Shown here: piece by piece, positions 1 to 13,445 of the stretch | Layout of the letters: every line of letters begins with the position of its first letter | Position numbering within the stretch: the stretch's first letter is position 1 | DNA from: Iphione sp. A-MEVVRFRX5 | Lineage: Eukaryota | Assembly: GCA_976226885.1 (NCBI GenBank) | Contig: OZ320313.1 | Location: 141,298,001-141,362,000, forward strand | Direction: 5' to 3' | DNA: 64,000 nucleotides | Made by a program: the position numbers and the translations under genes | The notes under the pieces: generated by a model | Database searches by the model: none | The model's input: the letters and a program-made list of their open reading frames with translations, nothing else | Told to the model about the DNA's origin: nothing

Positions 1-209
1 GTGAGCACATAATTAGTGCACATCAATGCTCCCTTGACAAATATCTTGTATGTGATATAGTTGACAGACTTAATGAAACAGTTTGTTCTTTCTCAGGCCA
101 GGAACCAACAACTACAATAGGTATTGTAGTTTTAAGTGAGTTCAATAAAGCACAACCAACTTCAGGCCTAGTTTCCAGTCCGTTTTATTGGCCACAGAGG
201 ACTTATAAA

Positions 210-733
210 TTCAGTGCAACGTCCCATCATGGATATGTCTGCAAAGCGGACCCATCTCAAATGCGGACAATTTGGACAAGAACTGACTTTATGTCTATAG
301 TTAAGCATTATAGGAGGACGTCTTTAATCAGGACACCCATTTTAGGGGAGCATCCCCCCTATGGATGGTGTTGTCTGTTTCCCTCAATATCCCCCTACAA
401 GAGACATGTTGTTGCGTGAATTTGGATCAGCAGGGAGGCCTCAAAAGTCATTTTCAAAGGTATCACCAATGTACAATGTGTTGTCGCACAAATTTGGGTA
501 GGATTTCAACCCTATGAAGTCTAATTATGACAAACAGACCCTCATATCACTTTAAGGGCTCTTTAAGGAATACAGTTGTCATTTATCCAATATACACATC
601 TCATATATGAGTAGTAGTATATATACTAATAAGTGATCTATAATCAGGAAATGATAATGATCTGAATATAATCTGAAATGTGGACGATTTAAAGCAGAAC
701 CAAGGGTGTCTGTAATTGGGACGTCTGACTGTA
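210..733. mobile_element. Degenerate Tc1/mariner-pogo (Tigger-like) non-autonomous element
   Basis: Imperfect terminal inverted repeats: left ttcagtgcaacgtccca (210), right tgggacgtctgactgta (ends 733) with a ctg-TA end. Internal taatcaggacac-type motifs recur at about 2.7-3.3 kb. Confidence 0.35.
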
Positions 734-802
734 CATGTATATAACAGAATAGTCGCCACATGACCAGAAACAAGTGTGTCCATTCAGAATCCAGTACTCC
801 GT

Positions 803-1325
803 ATACCGACGGCCCTCCTTTACCGGAGGGGTGCCGGAATGCGAAAATATGTCCGGTTGGGAGGGGGTCCGGAATGGCGACCCGAGCACCATGCGTCTCC
901 TGGTGGGGAAAACTGTCAAATTCCATGGAGAAGGTGTCAAAAACGGCAAATTTTAAGGAGAATGTGACAAAAAACGGCAAAATTCATGGAGATTGAGGCA
1001 TATTCCATGGAGAAAGTGTCAAAAACGGCAAATTTCAAGGAGAATGTGACAAAAAACGGCAAAATTCATGGAGATTGAGGCATATTCCATGGAGAAAATG
1101 TTAAAATTCCCTGATATTTTTTCTTTGTTCTCTCTAGTCCGGTTAACTGAGAGTATTTCCTATGTTAAATGCTCAAAAATGCAGCTAAATTTCGTCCTAA
1201 TACGGAAAGGCAGGGTCCGGTTAAGTAATATAATTTTAATAGAAAAAACCTTGGTTATTCAAATACCATCCGGTTATACAATGATTCCGGAAGGGAGGGG
1301 TCCGATAGAGGGGGGCCGCCGGTAT
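803..1325. mobile_element. MITE-like element with 25-bp imperfect TIRs and an internal tandem repeat
   Basis: 803-827 ataccgacggccctcctttaccgga matches the reverse complement of 1301-1325 at 21/25. Ends read TA-CCG...CGG-TA, consistent with a TA target-site duplication. Confidence 0.5.
923..1105 (+). repeat. 82-bp tandem duplication (about 2.2 copies) built from aaaacggcaaa-containing subunits
   Basis: ccatggagaa recurs at 923, 1005 and 1087 with near-identical sequence in between. Confidence 0.85.
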
Positions 1326-3480
1326 TTGCTACATTGTAACCATGTAACTCCAGAATAGAAAGTTTAAGATACATTGTATTAAACTTACAACAGCTTCAGC
1401 CAATCAGAATCCTGAAAACCAATACAAAGTAACATTTTTTGCAGTGGTGCCACTGCCACAGTTTAACTGAACAATCAAAGCTTAGGAACTGTGATACATT
1501 GTAACAATACTTTATCCAGGGGTCTCAGTGGTGCCACTGCTCTAGGGATCACTTCCTTTTATGGGAATGGCCAAACCTTATATGGAAGACTGTAGCACAA
1601 CTCAAAGACGACAAAAGTTAGTTGATCTTTATTTCAGCAGAGTAGATACATACAGGTAGATCTTTGGACCTTCCCGAAAAGACAGGAGAAATCCGAGCCA
1701 TTATATACCAGTAGTTCATGGCCCTTCGGTCATAGTTTGGAACTTTACTGTCAAAGTTTATAACCCTTGGTCATAGTGTATGGAAACTCTCACCTATGTC
1801 CCTGACCTAGGTCATTCCTGGTCAGTTTTCAAATTAACCCCTGACCCTAGGTCATAACACTACTTGATAGATGTATTTTCCAGGTGTTAGCTGTCAACAC
1901 CCTATCAGCAGTCTACCAAGATCTCCATTACATGCTAAATTTTTATTTGATCCCCAAGTCAGCTGAATATATTTTATTGCTGTCTGCTCTGCCTTAGAAT
2001 GTCAGTGTCGAGACCTTCAGTAGCACCACTTAGTAAATATGGCCCAGCTGTTGTATCCACACAAGCAGTACTTCAATACTTATAACTGTACACTATACAA
2101 GGAACTCCATTTCTCATTTTAACACTTTCATTTTAATGTTCATTTCATCAATAAAACATATTTAACACACTGTGTTACAAGAGCCCCTTGCAGTTGTGCC
2201 ACAGACTAGCACTCAGTTGACCGCAAACCTGATATATTGTAGCAAGATGCAGATGGCATCAGTGGTGCCACTGGCATGTACTCATGACCTCTCTCTCATA
2301 ACTGCTACAACACCAACTCCCTTTACGGTATGATACATGGATTTGGTCATGTGTAGCTATGATATTAAGGATTGTCCCATCAAAGTTTAGATAATTTTTC
2401 TTAAGAAGGAATTAAACTAGAACTACGGAAAGATGGGAATTTTAAGGTAGGATACATACCAGCTTGTCAAGTTTGCTTGACTCTGACCTGATGTTGCAAA
2501 AGGCACCTGTCAATGATGGGTCAATTGTTGAAAATCAACCCTTGGTTACAGAAAGTTTTCAGATTATGACACAGATCTTGATACATTTACGTTACGCTGG
2601 CATATTTGAGCTGAATTATTATTTTTTAATAAAAGCAGCTTATGTCAGATTATTTGAGATAATTCACCCTGCAGTGTAACAATTATATTATTTAGTATAT
2701 GATCCATCGATGGAGGACGTCTCTAAACAGTGAGGAATGGCAGCAAAAGGACACTTCGATTCTTCGATTGGAACCCCATTGCAGGGAGGAGCCAGATGTT
2801 TTTGCGGCTCGGTGGTCTCTCCCCTTACAAGGAAGCTTAGAGCAATTAGGTGTGAGAAGACTATCCGTGTCACACGTATTTCTGTGTTATTGATTACTTA
2901 TCATCCACAATGTCTTTAATAAGGACACGTTTAGTCAGAGACAATTTAGAAAGAGTCATAATTTCCCAATTAGAAACGTTCCACTGTATTTATTGGGAAT
3001 TTAAATGGTGTTCATCAGCGTTCATATTTCCCACAACTACACAAAACATGAAATAGCAGCATACACAAATACCTTTACAAGGGACACATTTCAGATTTAC
3101 ATAACACATGCAATACATTGGTCTGGAGACGCAACTTATTTTCATTTGCAGACAAACCTCGAAATCCTGACACCGCAACTCTGAAGAAATTCCGCTTCCA
3201 AACAGTTTTTGCTGTACCCAAGGATATTGCTATACACTAGAAAGCCTCTAATCAGGACACCCTTGGTTCTTTTTCAAACTGTTCTAACACTTGTGTCATG
3301 ACGTCCCCTATAGGGCACAATGGACTCAAGCGGGGCATGAGTCTCAAGACTCAAAAACGTTCCAAAATAGTAGAATTGTAAAAAGTGTTTTATCATTTCC
3401 AGAATTACAGATTTGACATTTATTTGACTCTAAACTGAAATGTGATTATCATTTCTTTTAGTTAAAATGCTGGTTTAGTG

Positions 3481-4439
3481 TGACAATGACAATGACAATG
3501 AGTTTATTCTCTAGATCCCCTTTTCAGGGTATGAGAGTACACAGTATATGATGACAAGCAAATAACAACAAACATCAAACAAAACATATTTACAATGTTG
3601 GATAGCACCAGGTGTCATCACTGGATTGGTTATTGTTTCAGACTGCATGCACCATATTTTGACATATATGAACTAAGAGCAGCATATTTATCATGTTTTC
3701 ATTTTCAATAAAACCTATAAACTTCAATATGAGAACTTGTTTAGTAACTCTTTGGAAATTTAGCCATGATGATTTTGATAAATTCGACAAGACTAGTTAA
3801 TTCTTTAACATTTTTTGTGTTAAACAGTTGTGATAATTTAATAGCATTAGGTCTGCACCTGTAATGTTTCTTAATGTATCTTGCCCTATGTTCCTTCAGT
3901 GATGGACATACTAGGATATAGTGAAATTCGTCACCCTGCTCGTTTAGTGTGCAGAGATTACAGAGTTGATTCCCATTTTCGATACTAAATCTACTGTTTG
4001 TTACAGGCAGTTTATGGTTGCCACAGCGGAATTTGGTTAAAGTTACTCTGTTACGTACGTCTAAGTTAAGAAGGTAGTTTTCAAAGCCAAATTCTTGCTT
4101 GAAAATTCTGTAATTGGTACATAGCTTGTTTCTATGGGTTTCACTCTTCCAGTTTTGACTATCTATGTCTTTGATTCTTAGGTCTATGGAATGCTTTAGC
4201 CAGTCTGGGTTAAATTTGGATTCCTCGGTCCAGACTGCCAATAGACCACATCTGTCTAGTGTGCATTTGATTTTGGAAATCCACTTTGATTTAAAGGCAC
4301 AGTAAATTCGCTTTTTGCGGGGCAAGTAAATTTCTATAAGTGAGTGAAGGACAAAGATGTGATCTAATGTGCTATAGTTTGCCCTAAACCCAGCTTGTTC
4401 CTCTCCTAATATATGACTCTCCTCAAGATAACTAGTCAA
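3481..4439 (-). mobile_element. Non-LTR retrotransposon relic (RTE-X/CR1-L2-like) with internal deletion
   Basis: ORF 3741-4439 has early RT motifs (EEQAGFRANYSTLDHIF...IYCAF) joined directly to the C-terminal region (KFRCGNHKLP; CNLC...DEFHYILVC zinc knuckle). The 3' end has AATAAA plus an (ATTGTC)n tail at about 3481-3508. Confidence 0.8.
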
Positions 4440-4622
4440 GCGAGTGTTTAGGCATGCTGTGAATAGTTTGCCTAAGCAGCTGAGGAGGGTAGTTCCCCAG
4501 TGTGTTTACTGATCTCATCTAAGCCCAGTGGTAGTTTCGTATTTATTATAATAATGATTTTTCACATGTAAAACACTGAAATGGAGAGAAATTATAATTC
4601 TCATTGTTAGAACAGTGGTTAA

Positions 4623-4726
4623 GTTCACTTTTTGCTTGTAGCCATCAGGATTAAGCCCCTCAGCCTCGGGCCTATCAGCCCTCGACTTCAGGGCTTAATC
4701 CTGAGGGCTACAAGCAAAAAGTGGAC
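4623..4726. repeat. Short foldback (hairpin) element
   Basis: Arm 4623-4658 gttcactttttgcttgtagccatcaggattaagccc pairs almost perfectly with 4691-4726 gggcttaatcctgagggctacaagcaaaaagtggac. Confidence 0.8.
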
Positions 4727-4855
4727 TTTGGGACTCGTCCCAAAATGAGCAGATGTAGTCCTGTTGGAGAATTCTTTGAATTTCGGAAAAGTAGAATCTT
4801 TCCTCACAAAGATGCCCCTATTTGTAGGATATTTATGTTTAACTTCAGAGAGAGA

Positions 4856-5965
4856 TGTAGAATACAAGACACGACGCCATGCTGCTGTAAAACCGGAAGT
4901 GCTTTATTATTATAATCTCGTTCAGACATGACAATCCCTCCTTTCTTCGGATAAAGAACTTCTCACAGATACATATCTTTATCATAGAACACACCATTAC
5001 TTTATGAGTAATACATCTTTGGACCTTTACCATATTACTCTATACATACAAGCAATAACATTCTGAGTGTGAACATAGTGAGAGGTACACTAGGTTGTTA
5101 CATAGTCTTTTAAATAATCTGGTTTTCTACATGATCTGCTTGGACGATCAGGTACTCTTGGTGATACATCTTGTGAGGGACTATGTAGTGGACTTTGCAC
5201 AGGCACACTAACATCTGGCGGGTCAACAGTCTCTTGTTCTGAGAAACTCAGACGCCTTGGAGGGGTTTCAATTACCTCTGCCTGACCCTTAGGTGTACCC
5301 TCTACATACTTCTTGACATGGCTGACATGTCTTTTGTAGGTAACACTTTCTGGTGTGCTCACAATTATCTGAGGCCCACATCTACCAGTTACTTTAACTG
5401 GAGTTGCATGAAAAGGAGATGACAGCTTGTTGTCTTTGTTTTGATTTTTAATTAAAACTGAGTCTCCAACTTGGAGATCCTCGTCAGCTGTCTCAGTGCG
5501 ACTTTTATTAGTTCTTTCTGACATTTTGAATTTTCTTTCTCTGTCAGTATCTCTCATCTCCCCATCAAAAGCTCTTGGTCTCAGGGAAGGAAGATTAGTT
5601 CGCACTTTCCTGTTGAACAGAGCTTCAGCTGGACTAACCCCAGTAGTAGAATGAGGTGTGGTGCGGTACGCACGCAGGAAGAGTTTAAGCTCTTTCCTCC
5701 AGTCCTTCTTTTCAGCTTGGAAGGCTCTCATAGACTTTAACAGAGTGCGATTAATTCGTTCAACTTCACCATTTGCCTGAGGCCAATATGGAGTGGTTAG
5801 TCTGTGTGAAATGTCTAACCTTTCAAGATACTGCGAGAATTTATCAGCTTTGAACTGCGGTCCATTATCTGTGGTGATGGAATAGGGTATTCCGAAAAGG
5901 TCAATGGACTCTTCAACTGCCTCAATGACTTTGTCAGTGGTAGTGGTCTTCATTGGCCTCTCCAA
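4856..5965 (-). mobile_element. Mag/SURL-type Ty3/Gypsy 3' fragment: integrase, 3' UTR, PPT and short LTR
   Basis: Integrase remnant 5090-5965. Polypurine tract aagaaaggaggga (4935-4947) is followed by TGTCATG...CTACA (4933 to 4856) containing AATAAA. Confidence 0.85.
5090..5965 (-). pseudogene. 5'-truncated Gypsy (Mag-like) integrase core and C-terminus
   Basis: ITTDNGPQF, TTPYWPQANGEVERINRTL, YRTTPHSTTGVSPAE, and a terminal RxxRxxRKPDYLKDYV typical of Mag-clade pol. Confidence 0.9.
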
Positions 5966-6080
5966 GTAAACCCTAAATATCCTACACTATTACAGGCTTT
6001 TCCCAATTGAAGAAGTTTTCTAACACAATACTGTGTATTAATCCCTCAGTAATGATTGTTGTGTGTTTTGGTCGAAGGGT

Positions 6081-6193
6081 TTAAGCCTACACTCTTACTT
6101 TTTGTTCAACAATCCCAGCCCATCACTCGAGGTCGCAGACCAAGAGTGAACGGGCTGGGATTGTTGAACAAAAAGTATAGAGTGTAGACTTAA
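6081..6193. repeat. Near-perfect foldback (hairpin) element
   Basis: 6081-6121 ttaagcctacactcttactttttgttcaacaatcccagccc pairs with 6152-6193. Inner pairings are tcactc/gagtga and ggtc-gca-gacc. Confidence 0.85.
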
Positions 6194-7127
6194 ACACTGC
6201 TCTGACAATGATATATTGCTGAATTTGATTATTTCTAAAGGTTTTTGGTCAAAATTTGAGCAAACTTACTTTGAATCTGAACATAGATTAGTCAATGGAC
6301 GCCATTTTGGTTGTTTACTTTATAGACAAGGACTTTCATTGGCCAAAAAAACTCTCCCGAATTCACGTTGGTGTGAGAGTTCATTTTATTATCATGTGGC
6401 CTATCCCATCTTGTTGACAAGCAAACATATAGACGCCATAATGAAATTTGGAAATGATGTATTCAATGTATGTTTGTATTCAATACTCAAAGTTGGTTTC
6501 TTCCAGTTTCCTCTTTATTTAGTGTTTATAACCTATTCCACTGTATAAGTTTGTCATATTTCAGTTTCAAAATTGCAAGTCATTGATACAATTTATAAGG
6601 CAAATGTCATTGGTTTTGCAAAAGACAATATGGCAAGGTAACTAGTCAAATTGTAACTTTGAGAAGTAAAATGTATATTGTAAAGTGTATAGATAGAAGA
6701 TTTGTAAGCATAAGCCTCTATGAGCAGTAAAGAGCTGTAATGAAAAGTTTGGAATTTGCTCATTATTCAGAAAGGTCATACATGTTGCATTCATGTATCA
6801 TCATGTCCAGTGTGTGCCCAATACGCAAGGAACTCCCTGTATGGTTAATTGTAAGAATGCCTTTGTGTTGATATTGTTGAATCTGCAACCATTGTTTCAC
6901 CAAGTGTCACATCGGAATATCTAGAGGATTATTGATGGTGAATACTAAGGGTGATGGTTAGGGTTAATTGAATAACCTTTAGGGTCAGGTTTATGTAATT
7001 GCTTAATCATGTCGATACATATTTAAGGAGGGATCTAACATGGCCGGGGGTGCACGTTCTATCTTTTAACATTACCTAAGGAGTGCATTGGTCTAGAGCG
7101 ACCAATACACGGTTCTTTTTCCCATTG

Positions 7128-7467
7128 CAGGCCCGTAGCCAGGAAGTCTTGTGGGGGGTATCTCAAATTAGAGAGGTGGAACTCTTAGTTTGAGAGGTGG
7201 AGCTTCTGATTAGGGAGGTGGAACTCCTTATTAGAGAGGCCTTAGTTCCTCTCTCTCTCCCTCTCTCTTTCTCTCTCTTTCCCTCTTTCTCATGATACAC
7301 CCTTGGCTATAGGCCTAGAGAGACAAGGGGGGACACCTATTTTGGTGAAGCGTTATGGCATATGTGGTGAAGCATTATTGGGTATCCCATGTCCCCCCCC
7401 CCCTCTGGCTCTAGAGGTGGAAGTCCTGGGTTTTGATACTCCCGATACCCCCTTGGCTACGGTCCTG
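7128..7467. mobile_element. MITE-like element with CAGG termini
   Basis: Left caggcccgtagccagg, right reverse complement caggaccgtagccaag. Internal roughly 21-bp gagaggtggaactc repeats (x3) and a (CT)n tract. No clean TSD. Confidence 0.5.
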
Positions 7468-8769
7468 TATTGTAAATAATTCTAAATACTACAAAACAAA
7501 ATGGTGGACGTCATGTCGTCTCAGACTTTCAACAGGGAAATATGAAAGAGAAAGGGTGTCATAGGTGTTACAGATAAGTGAAGTGACTGTAAAGAACACT
7601 TTTTCATATGTTATGGGCATTGTTTTCTGTTATAATACCTGTAATCTTCATATTTCTACTGCCATCTTGCTCGAATTCTGTCCAAAAAAACGACATATTG
7701 AGTAACTGTAAGTCATGTGATCTATGGCATTGAACCAGAATGCAGAATGATTGTTTACTTCCTGTGTGCTAGAGGTTGACGCTATTCACAAAATGCAAGG
7801 AAGAAACCAGTAGAGTCAACCTCCAAATAAACAGAGGCTGAAGAAGAACCTATTGGTGTAGTGTATTCATTAAATTTTGTTATACCCATCTAATATTTTT
7901 GGTGCCGTCACCAGGATCAGCCAAAGGAAGAATATACAGACCTAACGTGGGTCCACCTAGAGAAACTACTGATCAAAGAATTTGCCTTAGTCACTACACT
8001 GTAACACGTGCCTCTGTGTTAGTGGTATTTCCATAAGATAACATTATGTGTTCAAGTTACGAAGTACTGCCTGCGTGGATTTAACAGCTGGGCCATGTTA
8101 CTATGGTTTGCACAATTGTGATAGTGACACTGGCAGCAATTGGTGGAGTAGATGGTAATTAAACATGCAAAGTTGATGTATGGACATGAGGATGAGCACT
8201 ACTAAATGGAATTGTTGGGAAACTGCTTACGACGTGTTGACAGGTAACATCCAATATATAGCAGAAGTCCATTTCTCAAAGATACAAAACCTCTCCTCAA
8301 AATAGATGACTCAGGAATCCCACTCCTCAGTTACGGCAAGGCAGGCTTCCTGTCCCTATACTGGGCTATGAGTCCCCATCACCAGGCCAGGGATCAACTA
8401 ATAGGGTGGCTATTAATAGACCTTTCCCTTGGATATCAGCTGGCTATAAATAGACCTTCTCCGTGGATACCAGCTAAAGCTAAGGCCTAAACAAAAAATA
8501 TGTTTCCGGTAACCCAACTGACCCTGTTTTTTGTCCTACTAGAATATTTTATTGTTTTTGTTACATCTTTGGCATGAATAATAATAGATGCTATACATAT
8601 GCTGTACACCATTTTGCTCCTCAGATCATTAGCTTTCATTTGATATAAGTTTCATTAAGATCTGAGCCGTAGAACTTATTTCACCATAGATGCAACAGGC
8701 CGGCTAAATATAGAACGTTGCCCTGGCGACAGGCTGGCTAAATATAGACCATCCAGGAAACCTTACACC

Positions 8770-9230
8770 TGAGATCCTGATCTATAAATACACATGGACC
8801 CCTCTCCTCTCCTTGTTTGGACATGAAATCTTAGCCCCCACTGGGGGAGATGACTCAGTGGCCTCCCCTTCAGACCGCCACTCCCTTATTAGGAGATGCT
8901 CCTGAGCTAATCAATCAGAGCAGGGCTCCCCTCTAGCTAATGAGAGAAAACTAGGGTGTATAGAAGCAGCCAACAAACCCTCATTGGGTATTCCATCCAT
9001 GGGATCACCACCAGCAGACACCAGAAGAGACCAGACCAGAACACTCCTGCACCTAGAGCCTACAAGAGACCTCCAGCCAGCTACACTACCATATTCAGCT
9101 GATACTCTACTCTACACAGAGACTTTGGCTCTCCACCTTGGTTTGCATGTTAGTAGCTCTGGTCTGAATAAACCGTCTGTGAGACAAGTTGATAACAGCT
9201 TTATTAAGCTTTCTCCTGAAAGCAAGTAAC
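8770..9230 (+). mobile_element. Possible solo LTR
   Basis: TATA-like tgtatagaag (about 8958), AATAAA (about 9168) and a 3' end ...aagtaaca. The 5' boundary was not identified. Confidence 0.3.
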
Positions 9231-11649
9231 AATGCAAGACCAGTTTCTGAGTCGCAGCTTTATTGTTCTCTTCCTCATTAATAAGCAACAAAGGGCACAT
9301 TCACAATAACACATTTTATTGAGCCTCACTGGGGAAAGAGACATCAGAACCTAACACTGTAGACAGCCCTGGATTGTGGAGACGAAGGAAATTCAGGACC
9401 TAAGAGAAGTCTCTCACAAACTACCCTGAAGGTCCCAAGTGCATGATTTTGATAACTCAACATGGTCATATATCATGTCATTATAATCCAGGGGTCAGGG
9501 GTTAAATTGAGAATTGACTGGAATTGACGCAGGTCAGTCTGAAAGTGACCATATACTCAAGGGTCATGATTTATTGGTATATAATAATCATGATCTTTTC
9601 CAACTTTTTGGAGAACTCCAAAGACTTGGCCTGTATGTGTCTACCCTGCTGAAATAGACATCAACTAAACTGGAAGCCTGAGTTGTATTGTGTTACAACT
9701 CAATTTGGTGCCATGAGCAGGATTTCAAAATTATTAATTTAGTAGACACCAAAGAAATGAATGTATGAGCCTCATTGCTGATGTAGCTTAGAAAGGTACT
9801 GATCCCATTCTTCATGGCACACACCGGTGTCCGTCAGCCGGATATTCACACTTCCATGGAGCCAAGAGGGCCGTCAACCTACACCTGTACTGGCTGTTCT
9901 GTTGCAGACCCTCAAAGACTTCATGGACAGAGTGGTGGTCATTGAGCCCAAGCAGCACGGATGTCCTGGCTGGACAGCACTGCAAGCACTGCAGCCTGTC
10001 CAGGTACCATTTCTAAAGGGTACTGGAAATGCACCAACAACACCACCATCTGAGTTACTATCCCTTGCGGTATTGCCAGTGACACCAGAAGCACTGCCCA
10101 CTCCATTGATGGCAGTGGATGGAGGAACGCATCAAGTCACTCTGTCATCAATAATCAGACAAGCTGAGGCTGAACTGGAGCAGACGAGACCTGGATCACC
10201 AATGAGGTCAGGCACCAGGAACCTGCCAAGGGACTGTGCAACATCAGACTAGATGATCTGTTGACGTTCATGTGGTGGAAGGCCATCAGCAGTGATGAAA
10301 ACTTCCCTAAGAGACATGACAACCAACTTATAGTGTAGTCAGTGTGACTGAGATTCTTATCCAGCTGATAGAGATGAATTTTATATGGCTTGCCCTTGCT
10401 ATTCTTCAATGTGGCAATGTTCAGGGCTCATTCGAGTGCAACCAGGTTGTGGCCTGCCAGCTGATTCCCTCATGTTTATATACCCATGGTTGTTATGGGG
10501 ACCTGTTGAGGTCTCGCATTGTCAAGTCACTATGGCAAGTTCGTAACCACTATGACACAATTTCAACGTTTGTCTCATAAGGGACAATTTTATATGTACG
10601 TTTTCCTGTGAGTAAGGCCAAAGAATTAGAAACTTGTCAGCACTTTAGGGAAAAACACCTTCCCTCTATCTACCTATCTTTGTAGGGTTTATAGTGGAAG
10701 TTTTTTTTCGTGCCCAGCTTCTCACCATTTCCGTTTTGGAAAAGAACTAGTATGACCAAAGGAGGAGACGTAGTGGTAAATCAATTAAAAATATCACAGT
10801 GCAGTTCCATTTGTAAACAGCTGTACCCCAAGTACCTAGGTTTGTGGGGTCATCAAAGGCATTTAACCGTATCCGGAGTGTGGAAAATGAAGCTTTTTGA
10901 ATAGGTAACTGTGGTTTGATATATTATTTTTTGCTGAAGGGTTGGAGATGCTTGATAATGCTATATTTTCATGTGAAAGCCCTTGAATTGCATGTTATTT
11001 TGAAAACATTGTCATTTTATTTTTTGGTCGCCATGGCAATGAAACAGGATCTAAAGTATGATATAATTTTGAATATTTAGATTTGATTTACCGTAGTTTC
11101 CTATACTGGCAGGCAAACATTGAAGAATATTGTTCCTAGAAGAAAATGTTCAGTTCAGAAAGTGTTCAGCTGGTGATTTCCAATGTTCTGATACCTAATT
11201 TGTCTCTGTATGTGATCTAAAACACATTTTATCATGACCTATAAGTATACATGTTTCAGCCAAAATTACTGCATCAACATTGACTTCGGCATCACTGATG
11301 CAGATTTGATGCATCATGCAAAATATCAAAAAGAGATATAATCATGATTGGTTAAGAAGTACCACTCCTAGCAATGCAAAACTTTGGATTTGCTCATCAT
11401 TCTTATGACAAAAATTTATAAAAGATAGTCTTTATTACATACAAGTTGTATGTAAAATCAGAAATATTATGTAATAATAACATGTTATTTCGTGTCTTAA
11501 TAATAAAGGTTATAGGACATTGAATGCCATCTTCCTAACACTGTTCCCACTTATAGATTATCAAAAAGCTTCTGATAAGCTGGAGGGATAATTCCTTAAG
11601 TATTCTATAGGAATAGTTTGATAATATAACAATAATTTACTCCGTGGTG

Positions 11650-13445
11650 GGTGCCCGCACACTGAAATGGGTAGACAGCTACCTTAACGATTGGAAGCAA
11701 TATATACAATGTAATGACACAAAATCAGTCCTAAAGAATATCGAGTATGGGCTACTACAGGTTAGCCACTTAGGTTCCATATTGTTCAGTCTAGTGATCA
11801 ATCCCTTGCCTTAAAACTTAGTAGTAACTAAATGTATACTATATGCAATGTCACCATCTTCTGTCATGGAGCCAATGCCCTATCGTTAAGAGTCAAGCTG
11901 CAGCATTGGATAAAAGACATCACTGAGTGGTGCAACTCAAATGGCCTGAAATTGTACATAGGTAAATCATATTACATGACATTTGGTAAAGCCAAGAATT
12001 TTGACCTCGATCTGTCACTTACAGGATTACCAATAAAGAAGGTAGGGGTGAGCAAGTTCCTACCATTAAAGATAGATGAAGATTTGTCATGGAAGCACCA
12101 GATATCAACAGTAAAGGAAAATGCCGGGCCATGTGGTTACATGCTGTCCAAAGTGTGAAATGGCTAACTTACCAAGAAAGAGTCTGATTGTTCAAAAGTT
12201 TCATGATTCCACATTTTGATTACCTGCTGTTTTGTATTTGCATTAGCAATAAAGGATTGTTATATGAGCTGCAGCTTGAATTTGATGGGATCAGCAAGAT
12301 ATAAAAAATCATTATCTCTCAAGTGCAGTATGAATCTAACAACATTAGATGTTACAGGACGAAATCAGCTAAAACATCTAATGCATGGACTACAACTGTT
12401 AACCCTATCCAGGTGGGTGATACCCTGAAGCATTCCCGGATGAATGACGGGTGATGCCCTCAGGCACTCCCGTGTGAAAGCCAGGTGATGCTTTGAGGCA
12501 TTATTTGACTGTCAATGTTTCTCCAATGAATTATCATTGAAATAATGGATGGATTTTGATGAGATTTGGGCAAAATATAGAAAAATAATCATTCTGTATC
12601 ATGACTTATACAGAAATAATAAATTCTGAAGGGAACTTGATATTTTCCCATGTCTTATTTCCCTGTGTTTACATAGGAAACAACTGACATACGAAGTAAA
12701 TTACATTCCTGGTATGAAACTTCAAGTAATATTCTCAAATAAATGCACATTTATGCTCCAAATACCTTCATAAATGAATGTCCATACTGAAGTCTCCTTA
12801 GACAATTGAATAAATGTTACTTTAGAAGGCTTATAAGACCCAAATTGTCCCTGCATACAAAAATGATGTTCTGGTACAAGCCCGCCACCTGTAGAAAAGT
12901 GTCAAAATTATCCCCGCCCTGTGAGTCCATGACGTACCATCAGGTGCCACCTGGATAGGGTAAAGATTATGGCCAATGGTAAAAACCATAAAGGGAACAA
13001 GGTCAGTAACTACAAGTATGATTGAACAGAAATTACTAAACACAACAAAGTACTTGAGAAGTTTCTGACAGATTAGTTCAGGCCTGTGGAATAATCTGAG
13101 CCCAATGTACAAATCACTGCCCAGTGTAAAAGCCTTGAAAAATAGACTTAAGTTACGTGAATATGTCAACTAGCAAGAAAATATGCTACTGTAATGTTAA
13201 ACCGTTGCAACATTCATATCATTGTCTTGTAATACAGATTTGTGTGTGGTAATTATGTCATTGGAGTAATTGTAAGACCTACTAGAAGGTGTAATATGAA
13301 CATAAAACGCAAATGTTACATTCACTATGACTTGCTGCAGCAACCCATGTGATTGTATATATGTTGTCAACTGTTCACCAGAAGATCTCTATGTATGCCA
13401 TGGCACAAAAGGAGACGTTAATAAAATTCTATTTTATTCTATTCT
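11650..13445 (+). mobile_element. Decayed CR1/L2-group LINE (RT fragments and 3' end), probably interrupted
   Basis: WCNSNGLKL...KS, KFL..KIDEDLSWKHQI (11832-12158), and GLWNNLSP...VKALKNRLK (about 13080-13160). The 3' tail is aataaaattctattttattctattct at about 13420-13445. Confidence 0.65.

Noticed and set aside
579-1358. Overlapping short ORFs at the window start
   Set aside because: They fall within MITE and tandem-repeat sequence and show no protein motifs.
9827-10620. Possible transposase or integrase relic on the minus strand (GKRTYKIVPYE..., KGKPYKIHLY) and a 141-aa Pro-rich + ORF
   Set aside because: No catalytic motif could be assigned by eye; this needs a translated search.
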